A stretch of DNA of 64,000 nt, taken from Mizuhopecten yessoensis. Lineage: Eukaryota. The number at the start of each line of letters is the position of its first letter. The first letter of the stretch is position 1. The position numbers and the translations under genes are program-made. The stretch lies in NCBI RefSeq assembly GCF_002113885.1, contig NW_018408648.1, positions 260,423 through 324,422 of the forward strand. Direction: 5' to 3'. Of the stretch, positions 1 through 12,900 are shown piece after piece. A model generated the notes under the pieces. That model was not told where the DNA came from. It saw only the letters and a program-made list of their open reading frames with translations, and ran no database searches.

Positions 1-107
1 GGATGCAAAGGCCTTATAACCACGGATAACAATTTGTGAACCGCTTTGAGCTGACCTACAAACTATAGGTTGTGATAAAGCAGTATATAAGAACCTCAAA
101 TTATTAT
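1..107 (+). mobile_element. 3' tail of a CORE-type SINE (same family as 29220-29573)
   Basis: Near-identical to the reverse complement of 29230-29330 (ataaccacggataa..tttgtgaac..gttgtgataaagcagtatataagaacctcaaattattat). Confidence 0.75.
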
Positions 108-527
108 GACCAGGGGTATTAATATTAATAACCTCAACCAGGAATTGATCAGATATAAGGGAAAACATAGTTGAAATATCGAATGTAGTAAATATGCAAT
201 ATATAATTAATAATCTACCAAAGCAGGAAAATAAAATTGCATCAATATTTTTTTTTCAAATTTGAAAATGTACCTGGATATTAAATTGAGTAAAAAAAAA
301 TTCATTTAAAATAGGAATGGGCTTGATTATTTAAGGGTAACCAGTTCTAGGAATGTAATTGTACAATTTACACTTAAGGATGCCCATACCACTGGCAAAA
401 GACTGTCACTAAGTATTGGAAACTGTATTATCCGGCATAACTATTATAGCTTTGATCGATAAATCATTTCCTTGAAGCAGGACTTTCATGAGATGAAATA
501 AACAATCAATAGCAGTGTAAAATTTCA

Positions 528-630
528 GCAAGGCTGGGATTCAAACCTGAACTTCAGATTTTAATACTATTGCTCTAACCAATTGAGCTACCTGGTCAAC
601 AGAACTATCCTGGCCCGATTGTGCTACAGA
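528..630 (-). repeat. tRNA-derived repeat head (not a functional tRNA)
   Basis: Minus strand ggtagctcaattggttagagca...ggtttgaatccc gives A- and B-box-like motifs, but the cloverleaf is degenerate. A related fragment lies near 62555-62600. Confidence 0.55.
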
Positions 631-1549
631 GTACAGTTATGTGACCAAGGCCCAGTCGGGTTCGGATGCTGACTGAGGTGAATTGTGATAGCTAGTTCAT
701 GTTGTCCCAGTCAGGTGGTCACATAATAAGTTCACTGGTCAAGAACGGGAAATTAGCATTTGGTCAAGAAATGTAACAAGTCATTGTAAATGATGTGAAT
801 GTTTTTTTACAGAGTAAAGAAATACATTATACATGTAGATAATCCAATGGTACACAATATAGTCACAAATATATACAAGAATTGAATACGTCAAGGAAAT
901 AGTCAAGTCACCATATTTAAAACTGTAATCCACACTATGTAAATTTCATCTGTGCCATGTTAGTATTTAAAGGTTCCGAATATATTTAGAAATAAATCCA
1001 AGTTAAGGGTTCAAGGTGAGACCAAGACTGAGGGTTAGACTGAGACAGTAACTGGGACTGACTGTGAGTAAGACCTAATTCAGACTCCCCTTACATAAAT
1101 GAGTAACCTATATTTATAGTCAAAAAGTACAAAATTCTTTCCTACTAAAACAATAGTGACAGCTAGGTGACAATTGCTTTAAACTCAAAGTTCTTCTGAC
1201 AATAAAGTGATAGGTGACACATATGATAGACCTGGATTGTTACAATTAAAATGACTACTATTTAGGGAGTTAAGTGACAGCCAAATCTTTTCCTGTTGAC
1301 ACCAGGAAGTTAGGGATTATCTCTGGCACCTAATGGTAATCCATATAACAATAGATACTTAATTACAGGTAAGGTCATTTTACTTTCAGATTATATGATA
1401 CAAAGGTACATTAAGAAATGGTTCAGTAAGAAATGATTTTGTTTTAATTTCAAATGAATTAATTAAATTCTTAGAATAAAGTTTCAGTAGAGGAAATATT
1501 TTAAATTGTGCAAATGTAGTATCTGCACTGGTGAAAGTTATACCAAAAT

Positions 1550-1877
1550 GGAAGTTAAAGGGAGATTACTGTGTATAGGAAAATCTACATTGTAGTGGGA
1601 CAGGGATCCTGAAGGAAGTTAAGGGGAGACTACTGTGTATAGGAAAATCTATGGGTAGTACGTGGGACAGGGATCCTTAGGGAAGTTAAGGGGAGATTAC
1701 TGTGTATAGGAAAATCTATGGGTAGTACGTGGTACAGGGATACTTAAGGAAGTTAAGGGGAGATTACTGTGTATAGGAAAATCTATGGGTAGTACGTGGG
1801 ACAGGGATCCTTAAGGAAGTTAAGGGGAGATTACTGTGTACAGGAAAATCTACAGTGCAGTGAGACAGGGATCCTTC
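1550..1877. repeat. ~67-bp tandem minisatellite, ~5 copies
   Basis: Unit ggaagttaaggggagattactgtgtataggaaaatctatgggtagtacgtgggacagggatcctt recurs near 1550, 1614, 1682, 1748 and 1815. Confidence 0.95.
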
Positions 1878-2321
1878 AGACAGCAAATTCACAGGAAGAA
1901 GCGATTAGTATATAAGATGTATTGCATCTATCTATTTTTGTTCCCTGTGATAGTATACATGTGTTATGGCATTTTTTTTAAAGAAGGTGTTAAATTGACT
2001 CTGTAGAATATTCTTTACAACAGAGTAAAGACTTAGGACTCATCCATTTATTTTCTAATGTTTACAGTCCTTGAAACGTTATTTGTCTCGTACATTATTG
2101 CTATTTACTCAAATATCTTCACCTGGCACAAACAAGTATAGACAAGTGCAGGCTGCGGGCCCCTTTATTATTAATGTACAAAAGTATCAACGAAACAAAT
2201 ACTACAAATATACGATAAAATCATGTTCAGTAGTGTAACGGACAAACTACTGTCTGTTTAAAGTCAAGGGGTTCAAGGTTTTAATCTCAGTCATGGAGAT
2301 GTTTTTGTGAAAAAGGATATT

Positions 2322-3647
2322 ACAAGAGGCCCAATGGGCCTGAATCGCTCACCTGGTATTAATCTCACAAATAATCTTTAAAGTGGACTAAAATACAGCT
2401 ACAGGCAGAATATCAGTGTTTGACTCATAAGAACCTATTAAAAGATTTAAACATATGACGCCTGTGACCTTGAATGTCGAACAAGGACATAAGGTTGAAC
2501 TGAGTTTTTAGTCTTCCAACCCAGCATGCTTCTGGCAAAATATCATTACCCTGGACCTTTTGGTTATACAGAACAAGTCATTTAAAGATGTAATCATATA
2601 TTGACCACTGTGACCTTCGTATGGGCGAAGGTCATTCATTTGAAAAAACCTGGTAGTCCTTAATCCAGGCATGTTAATGGCCAATTACCATTACCCTTGG
2701 CCTTTTGCTTATTGTGAAGAGGTCGTTTTTAGGTTTTAAACATATTTGACCCCTGTGACCTTGGATATGAGCGAAGTTCATTCATTTGAACATCATCCAA
2801 GGCCTTTTGGTTATTGAGAAGAAGTTGTTTAAAGGTTTTTAACATGTTTGAACCCTGTGACCTTGAAAATAGATGAAGGTCATTCGTTTGAACAAACTTG
2901 GTAGCCCTTCATCCCAGCATGTTACTGGCCAAATAACATTATCCTTTCCCTCTTGGGTATTCAGAAGAAGTTGTTTAAAGATTTTAAACATATTTGATCC
3001 CTGTGACCTTGAAAATGGGTGATGGTCATTTGTTTGAAAAAAACTTGGTAGCCCTTCATTTCAGCATGTTACTGGCCAAATATCATCACCTGAGGCCTTT
3101 TGGTTATTCAGAATAAGTCGTTCAAAGATTTTAACATATTTGACCTATGTGACCTTGAAAATGGGTTAAGGTCATTTATTTTAACAAACCTGGTAGCTCT
3201 TTATCCCAGCATGTCACTGGCCAAATATCATCACCCTAGGCCTCTTGGTTCTTCAGAAGAAGTCATTCAAAGATTTTAACATATTTGACCCCTGTGACCT
3301 TGCAAATGGGTGAAGGTCATTCATTTGAACAAACTTGGTAGCCCTTTATCCCTGCATGTTACTGGCCAAATATCATCATTCTAGGCCTCTTGGTTATTCA
3401 GAAGTCATTAAAAGATTTTAACATATTTTACCCCTGTGACCTTGAAAATGAATGAAGGTCATTATTTGAATAAACTTGGTAGCCTTTCATCCCAGCATTT
3501 TACTGGCCAAATATGATCATCTTAGGCCTTTTGGTTACTGAGAAGAAGTTGTTTAAAGTAAAAAGTTGACGCCGGACGGGCGCTGGATGCCGGACGTTGC
3601 ACCATGGCATAAGCTCACTAATGCCCTTCGGGCAGGTGAGCTTAAAA
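2322..3647. mobile_element. Helentron-associated (HINE/pearl-like) non-autonomous element with internal ~146-bp tandem repeats
   Basis: Starts acaagaggcccaatgggcct..tcgctcacctgg. Contains ~8 internal units with ccctgtgaccttga and a ggacg-rich tract. Ends in the hairpin agctcac..gtgagct (3612-3642) followed by A's. Confidence 0.75.
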
Positions 3648-6600
3648 TTAGAACTCTTCTTTGTTGGAGGATGAAATGTAATGCTAGACTTTCTACCTTA
3701 ACTCATAGGATCGATGGATATAAATCATAATTGATTGTCGTAACTAAAATATTTTGTTTCTTTCATATTTGTAAGTAAATACAGTCTGTATAATATCATA
3801 ATGTAATTAGTTTAATCACAAAACAAATATACCAAAAAAAAAACATGAGCTGGGATGAAACCTATCTAAGTACAAATTAGTGGCAGGTATATTGGCGACA
3901 TTTCACTTTCTCAGACCAAGTGAGAAAATATAAAGATCTGAGTGTAAAGGCAGGTAAGCCTCCAGAACGTTTTCCAGATAATTCTAAAATTTAGAATTCA
4001 TTAGGATTGACAGAATAAATTAAAAGTTGACTCAAAGAACCGTCCATTCAGGTGAGCTAAACAATCTCAACATACACACATATATAATTATACAGCATAC
4101 ACATGCCAGTAAATTAAATTTACATTTAGATTAGAAACATGCCTTAAAATTACAGACACAATTTAATTGAATCTAATTTCTAATTCAAGCCATTTTGAAA
4201 ATTAAAATAACAATTTTGGAAACAATTAGATAGACGGAGTTTCAACGATTATAGACAAATAATTGTTCACAGAACTAAGTGTGAAACAAGCGTGCAGTGT
4301 ATTAAATTACTTCTGCACTTTGAAAGAATACATATCCACCAACACTGAATGGGTATAACCCGGTTTCCCACGATTCCCTAAGGAGATTGAGGGTGTGACC
4401 GTTTACTGAAAGAGTCATGACATGAAATAATGGATTGGTAATTGTAAAATGTTTATCAATTTACACATAAATAACTTCACAGATCGAAGAAGACATGCAT
4501 GAATTAAGTTTAGAATTAGTCAACATTACATACATGCCATCAAGTATACACCCACAGAAGGTAAACTGTTAAGTGAATGAATATATTAAGGACATGCAAG
4601 AAAAATCACTAAAAATTCCATTACTGAAAGTTATTTTAAAGTTATTTTCCCAAGAATATTATCTTATAATAGTCCCAATCAAGAAACGATGAATCTATAG
4701 TTGTTTATTTAGGGGTGTAAGCTAGCTCAGATTACATTAACCGTGACATACCTTAGATCTGAGATTGTCTGTAAGAAGTACTATTTCTGTTTAGCATGAC
4801 AAAATACTTCTGTCGCGTCACGCCCCAATGAACCTCATAATATTCAAACTACCTGGGGACAATAACATTACCTATTTCAGATAAGGAAACAAATTACCTC
4901 TAAACTGTATCTCAATCACCATGTCAGCTTAACCTTTCTGTTGGTGAAATATGACCTAAACAGAAAACTGTCTGTTCATTGTATAATGCACTACTAAATA
5001 TATTTTTTTCATACAGATTAAACAATTTTACCGTGATTGCCAATGAAGTACAATTTTCATTATGGCATATATTTTAAAATTTTGAGTTTTAGAAAATCCT
5101 TTTTTAATATTTATTAAGTTGACAAGTCTTTGCCTACAGTGTCGCTCGCCTCTATTGTAGTAGTACCGAATGCTAAAGGTAGGGCCATTGATTGGAAGGC
5201 TGCGCTCCACTGAACAAATAGAAGAGAATTAAATTTCGCTTTTGTAGTACTTGCTGTGTGTACACCCCTGTTTTCTGTATTATCTCATCCGGTGTAACTC
5301 TAATATTCTAGTGTCACAACTAAGGTAAACTTCGCTATGACTGGTGATACACTCAAGCAGATCCTCGCGGTAAGCTTCAAGGTACATACTCGCAGTAAAC
5401 TCGGGTAGATTCTAAAGTGTATTTCCCAATGCCTTGCCTGCTCTATAGCTGGTCGTGATCAGGACCATGTGTTAGCTCTGGAAGCTAGGAGTGACTCGTT
5501 TCGCTTGACTGGAACTGTTTTATAGGAACCCAATAGTTTAATATATATAAACCAGTAATTACAGGTAGCATTACAGGTAACTTCACATCTGTAATAGGTG
5601 TGAACTGTGGCGGGGTAGACATATAAGGTGACGGGGTATAGACTGGCCAGCTTTAACACTGGATGTGTCGTACTACAGAGGAAAACATGACCAGTAATCC
5701 TTTGTCGTAGTGGGTTAATGCTGTGCAGTTCTAGTTCCGACTGGATTAATACCAACATGTTCCAAACATGGGAATGGATGACCAGACATCAGGCCACAAC
5801 AGAAATATCTTCATATTAGCAGAGTAAGTATGGGTTGTATTATCATTATGTGATTTATTGTGATTAAGAAGTATCGTCAACGTCGGTTCTGGTAGTGGCT
5901 GGTTAAGCAATCAAACCAACACATTAAGTCTTGACAGTATATACATGTATATATAAACAGAAATGCATGGTTAGTCCAGAATAAACTCGCATCTGAGACA
6001 AAAATCACAAAATACAATATAAACATAATGCTGATTGCCATAATTATAGATTTAGATCAAATTTACACACTGTAAAAAGCCAATATTTTCATCTAATATT
6101 TTAAATAATTTTCAAAAAGTTTGTTTTCATATCAGGCACTTTAATTGGTTTCTGATAGACACTTCCAATACATCCTTGGTAATGTTACCATGAGAACGGC
6201 GGCCATTGTTTTATCCCATATCAAAACCTGTCTTTTGAAATGCTGTGTGCAAATTACAGCTGTAATAAGTGCCGAGACTTATATACACTGAAAAACCTTT
6301 ATGGGAGTGTGGTGTGATTTTACAGTGAAATCTGGATACAGAACAAATCAAGGATTCTTAGTAACATACCCTTTCAGGTGTGAATGTGAGTGATGTCTAC
6401 CTTGATGTTAGCAGGACTTTCATTTCATGTGGGAAACATGGACCTATAGTCATGTGAATTCAAAGTTACCTAAGGCAGCGTGTGATGGATGACAAAACTG
6501 TTACGGCCTACATTGTTACAAATTTAGATATATGTTTACCTTCAACTGAGGCGAAAGGTGAGAAAAGTTACCTTGTATAACACACCTTTAATGTAAATTC

Positions 6601-6950
6601 AGCAAAAAAGGAGTTAGCCACATAGAGTTTAAAGGTTTTGATATGTAAATGCAAATTGGTAAAAAATTATAAAGTTCCTGGAATTCATTAATTCTGTATA
6701 TATTATCATGAAACCTAAACTGTTTTAAACATTTGTATAGATATTCAACCTGATAAATATGTAAAATATTGACAAAATTTCAACAGTGAATAAATTAAAC
6801 ATTCTGAACTGATTAAATAGTACACCCTGTTCTTGATCAAACCCGATAAGCAAACATTTCATAAATACTGAATAAATAAATACAAGGAAGATTCTATGAA
6901 TCATTCATTGGTCTCCCACGTATGTGACTGTCACAAAAGATTCACAAATT

Positions 6951-9900
6951 AGTCACTGTCGTACAGGGGTGAAACGCCTAAAGTCACTGACATACAGGGG
7001 TCTAACACCAGTCACTGTTGTACAGGGGTGAAACGCCTAAAGTCACTGTCATACAGTGGTCTAACACCAGTCACTGTCGTACAGGGGTGAAACGGCTAAA
7101 GTCACTGTCATACAGGGTCTAACACCAGTCACTGTCATACAGGGTCTAACACCAGTCACTGTCATACAGGGGTCTAACACCAGTCATTGTCACACAGGGG
7201 TCTAGTACCAGTCTCTGTCGTACAGGTGTGAAATGCCTAAAGTCACTGTCATACAGGGTCTAACACCAGTCACTGACATACAGGGGTCTAACACCAGTCA
7301 CTGTTGTACAGGGTCTAACACCAGTCACTGTCATACAGGGGTCTAACCCCAGTCACTGTCATACAGGGGTCTAACACCAGTCGCTGTCATACAGGGGTCT
7401 AACACCAGTCACTGTCATACATGGGTCTAACACCAGTCAATGTCATACAGGGTCTAACACCAGTCATTGTCATACAGGGTCTAACAACAGTCACTGTCAT
7501 ACAGGGGTCTAACACCAGTCACTGTCATTCAGGGTCTACCACCAGTGGCTGTCATACAGGGGTCTAAAACCAGTCACTGTCATACATGGGTCTACCACCA
7601 GTCACTGTCATACAGCAGTCTAACACCAGTCATTGTCACACACGGGTCTAACATCAGTCCCTGTCATACAGGGGTTTAACACCAGTCACTGTCATTCAGG
7701 GTCTAACACCAGTGTCTGTCATACAGGGGTCTAAAACCAGTCACTGTCATACAGGGGTCTAACACCAGTCGCTGTCATACAGGGGTCTAACACCAGTCAC
7801 TGCCATACATGGGTCTAACACCAGTCACTGTCATACGGCAGTCTAACACCAGTCATTGTCACACACGGGTCTAACATCAGTCACTGTCATACAGGGGTTT
7901 AACACCAGTCACTGTCATTCAGGGTCTAACACCAGTGACTGTCATACAGGGCATACAGGGTCTAACAACAGTCACTGTCATACAGGGGCCTAACACCAGT
8001 CACTGTCATTCAGGGACTAACACCAGTGGCTGTCATACAGGGGTCTAACACCAGTCACTGCCATACATGGGTCTAACACCAGTCACTGTCATACAGAAGT
8101 CTAACACCAGTCATTGTCACACACGGGTCTAACATCAGTCCCTGTCATACAGGGGTTTAACACCAGTCACTGTCATTCAGGGTCTAACACCAGTCACTGT
8201 CATTCAGGGTCTAACACCAGTGGCTGTCATACAGGGGTCTAACACCAGTCACTGTTATACATGGGTCTAACACCAGTCACTGTCATACAGGGTCTAACAC
8301 CAGTCATTGTCATACGGGGTCTAACAACAGTCACTGTCATACAGGGGCCTAACACCAGTCACTGTCATACAGGGGCCTAACACCAGTCACTGTCATTCAG
8401 GGACTAACACCAGTGGCTGTCATACAGGGGTCTAACACCAGTCACTGCCATACATGGGTCTAACACCAGTCACTGTCATACGGCAGTCTAACACCAGTCA
8501 TTGTCACACACGGGTCTAACATCAGTCCCTGTCATACAGGGGTTTAACACCAGTCACTGTCGTACAGGAGTTTAACACCAGTCACTGTCACACAGGGGTC
8601 TAACACCAGTCACTGTCGTACAGGGGGGAAACGCCTAAAGTCACTGTCATACAGGGTCTAACACCAGTCATTGTCATACGGGGTCTAACAACAGTCACTG
8701 TCATACAGGGGTCTACCACCAGTCACTGTCATTCAGGGTCTAACACCAGTCACTGTCATACAGGGTCTAACACCAGTCACTGTCAAACAGGGTCTAACAC
8801 CAGTCACTGTCATTCAGGGTCTAACACCAGTCACTGTCATTCAGGGTCTAACACCAGTGGCTGTCATACAGGGGTCTAAAACCAGTCACTGTCATACATG
8901 GGTCTAACACCAGTCACTGTCATACATGGGTATATCACCAGTCACTGTCATACAGGCTAACACCAGTGGCTGTCATACAGGGGTCTAACACCAGTCATTG
9001 TCATACAGGGGTCTAACATCAGTCAATGTCATACAGGGTCTAACACCAGTCACTTTCATACAGGGTCAAACACCAGTCATTGTCATACAGGGTCTAACAA
9101 CGGTCACTGTCATACAGGGGTCTAACACCTGTCACTGTCATACAGGGGTCTAACACCAGTCAATGTCATACCGGGGTCTAACACCAGTCACTGTCATTCA
9201 GGGGCTAACACCAGTCACTGTCATTCAGGGTCTACCACCAGTGGCTGTCATACAGGGGTCTAAAACCAGTCACTGTCATACATGGGTCTAACGCCAGTCA
9301 CTGTCATACAGCAGTCTAACACCAGTCATTGTCACACACCGGTATATCACCAGTCACTGTCATACAGGGGTCTAACATCAGTCAATGTCATACAGGGTCT
9401 AACACCAGTCACTGTCCTACAGGGGGTCTAACACCAGTCACTGTCATACACCGGTATATCACCAGTCACTGTCATACAGGCTAACACCAGTGGCTGTCAT
9501 ACAGGGGTCTAACACCAGTCATTGTGGTACAGGGGTCTAGCACCAGTCACTGTCATACAGGAGTCTATCACCAGTCACTGTCATACAGGGGTCTAGCACC
9601 AGTCACTGTCATACAGGGAGTAACACCAGTCACTGTCATACAGGGGTCTAACGCCAGTCATTGCCATACAGGGGTCTAACACCATCTAACACCAGTCACT
9701 GTCATACAGGGGTGTAACACCAGTCACTGTCCTACAGGGGCCTAACACCAGTCCCTGTCATACAGGGTCTATTACCAGTCACTGTCATACTGGAGTCACT
9801 GTCATACAGGGTCTATTACCAGTCACTGTCACTAACACCAGTCAATGTCATACAGGGTCTAACACCAGTCACTTTCATACAGGGTCAAACACCAGTCATT

Positions 9901-12900
9901 GTCATACAGGGTCTAACACCAGTCACTTTCATACAGGGTCAAACACCAGTCATTGTCATACAGGGTCTAACAACGGTCACTGTCATACAGGGGTCTAACA
10001 CCCGTCACTGTCATACAGGGTCTAACACCAGTCACTTTCATACAGGGTCAAACACCAGTCATTGTCATACAGGGTCTAACAACGGTCACTGTCATACAGG
10101 GGTCTAACACCCGTCACTGTCATACAGGGTCTAACACCAGTCACTTTCATACAGGGTCAAACACCAGTCATTGTCATACAGGGTCTAACAACGGTCACTG
10201 TCATACAGGGGTCTAACACCATTCACTGTCATACAGGGGTCTAACACCATTCACTGTCATACAGGGGTCTAACACCAGTCATTGTGGTACAGGGGTCTAG
10301 CACCAGTCACTGTCATACAGGAGTCTATCACCAGTCACTGTCATACAGGGTCTAACCCCAGTCACTGTCATACAGGGTCTAACAGCAGTCACTGACATAC
10401 AGGGGTCTAACACCAGTCACTGCCAGTCACTGTTGTACAGGGTCTAACACCAGTCACTGTCAAACAGGGTCTAACACCATTCACTGTCATACAGGGGTCT
10501 AACACCAGTCATTGTCATACAGGGGTCTAACATTGTCATGAAGGGGTCTAACACCAGTCACTGTCATACAAGGGTCTAACACCAGTCACTGTCATTCAGG
10601 GTCTACCACCAGTGGCTGTCATACAGGGGTCTAACACCAGTCATTGTCATACAGGGGTCTAACATTGTCATGAAGGGGTCTAACACCAGTCACTGTCATA
10701 CAGCAGTCTAACACCAGTCATTGTCACACACCGGTATATCACCAGTCACTGTCATACAGGCTAACACCAGTGGCTGTCATACAGGGGTCTAACACCAGTC
10801 ACTGTCATACAGGGTCTATTACCAGTCACTGTCATACTGGAGTCTAACACCAGTCACTGTCATACAGGGGTCTAACACCAGTCACTGTCCTACAGGGGTC
10901 TAACACCAGTCACTGTCATACAGGGGTCTAACACCAGTCATTGTCATACAGGGGTCTAACATCAGTCACTGTCATACAGGGGTCTAACATCAGTCACTGT
11001 CACACAGGGGTCTAACACCAGTCACTGTCATACAGGGTCTAACATCAGTCACTGTCTTACAGGGGTCTAGCAACAGTCACTGACGTACAGGGGTCTAACA
11101 CCAGTCATTATCATACAGGGTCTATTACCAGTCACTGTCATACAGGGGTCTAACACCAGTCATTGTGGTACAGGGGTCTAGCACCAGTCACTCATACAGG
11201 GTGTAACAACAGTCACTGTCATACAGGGGTCTAACATCAGTCACTGTCATACAGGAGTCTAACACCAGTCACTGTCCTACAGGGGTCTAACACCAGTCAC
11301 TGTCCTACAGGGGTCTAACACCAGTCACTCTCGTACAGGGGTCTAGCACCAGTCACTGTCATACAGGGGTTTAACACCAGTCACAATCATACAGGGTCTA
11401 TCACCAGTGGCTGTCATACAGGGGTCTAACACCAGTCACTGTCATATAGGGGTCTATCACCAGTCACTGTCACACAGGGGTCTAACATCAGTCACTGACT
11501 TACAGGGGTCTAGCATCAGTCAATGACATACAGGAATTTAACACCAGTTACTGTCACACAGGGGTCTAACATCAGTCAATGACATACAGGAATCTAACAC
11601 CAGTCACTGTCATACAGGGGTCTAACACCAGTCACTGTCATACAGGGGTCTAACACCAGTCATTGCCATACAGGGGTCTAACACCAGTCACTGTCGTACA
11701 GGGTCTAACACCAGTCACTGTCGTACAGGGTCTTACACCAGTCACTGTCGTACAGGGTCTTACACCAGTCATTGTCATACAGGGGTTTAACACCAGTCAC
11801 TGTCATACAGGGGTCTAACACCAGTCACTGTCACACAGGGGTCTAACACCAGTCACTGTCATACAGGGGTCTAACACCAGTCACTGTCATACAGGGGTCT
11901 AACACCAGTCACTGTCATACAGGGGTCTAACACCAGTCACTGTCATACAGGGTCTAACACCAGTCACTGGCACACAGTGATCTAACACCAGTCACTGTCA
12001 TAAAGGGGTCTAACACCAGTCACTGTCATACAGGGGTCTAACACCAGTCACTGTCATACAGGGGTCTAACACCAGTCACTGTCATACAGGGGTCTAACAC
12101 CAGTCACTGTCATACAGGGGTCTAACACCAGTCACTGTCATACAGGGGTCTAACACCAGTCACTGTCATACAGGGGTCTAACACCAGTCACTGTCATACA
12201 GGGGTCTAACACCAGTCACTGTCATACAGGGGTCTAACACCAGTCACTGTCATACAGGGGTCTAACACCAGTCACTGTCATACAGGGGTCTAACACCAGT
12301 CACTGTCATACAGGGGTCTAACACCAGTCACTGTCATACAGGGGTCTAACACCAGTCACTGTCATACAGGGGTCTAACACCAGTCACTGTCATACAGGGG
12401 TCTAACACCAGTCACTGTCATACAGGGGTCTAACACCAGTCACTGTCATACAGGGGTCTAACACCAGTCACTGTCATACAGGGGTCTAACACCAGTCACT
12501 GTCATACAGGGGTCTAACACCAGTCACTGTCATACAGGGGTCTAACACCAGTCACTGTCATACAGGGGTCTAACACCAGTCACTGTCATACAGGGGTCTA
12601 ACACCAGTCACTGTCATACAGGGGTCTAACACCAGTCACTGTCATACAGGGGTCTAACACCAGTCACTGTCATACAGGGGTCTAACACCAGTCACTGTCA
12701 TACAGGGGTCTAACACCAGTCACTGTCATACAGGGGTCTAACACCAGTCACTGTCATACAGGGGTCTAACACCAGTCACTGTCATACAGGGGTCTAACAC
12801 CAGTCACTGTCATACAGGGGTCTAACACCAGTCACTGTCATACAGGGGTCTAACACCAGTCACTGTCATACAGGGGTCTAACACCAGTCACTGTCATACA

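Noticed and set aside
528-600. Functional tRNA genes here, at 29500-29573 and at 31785-31860
   Set aside because: A/B boxes are present but the stems are broken; these are SINE or repeat heads.
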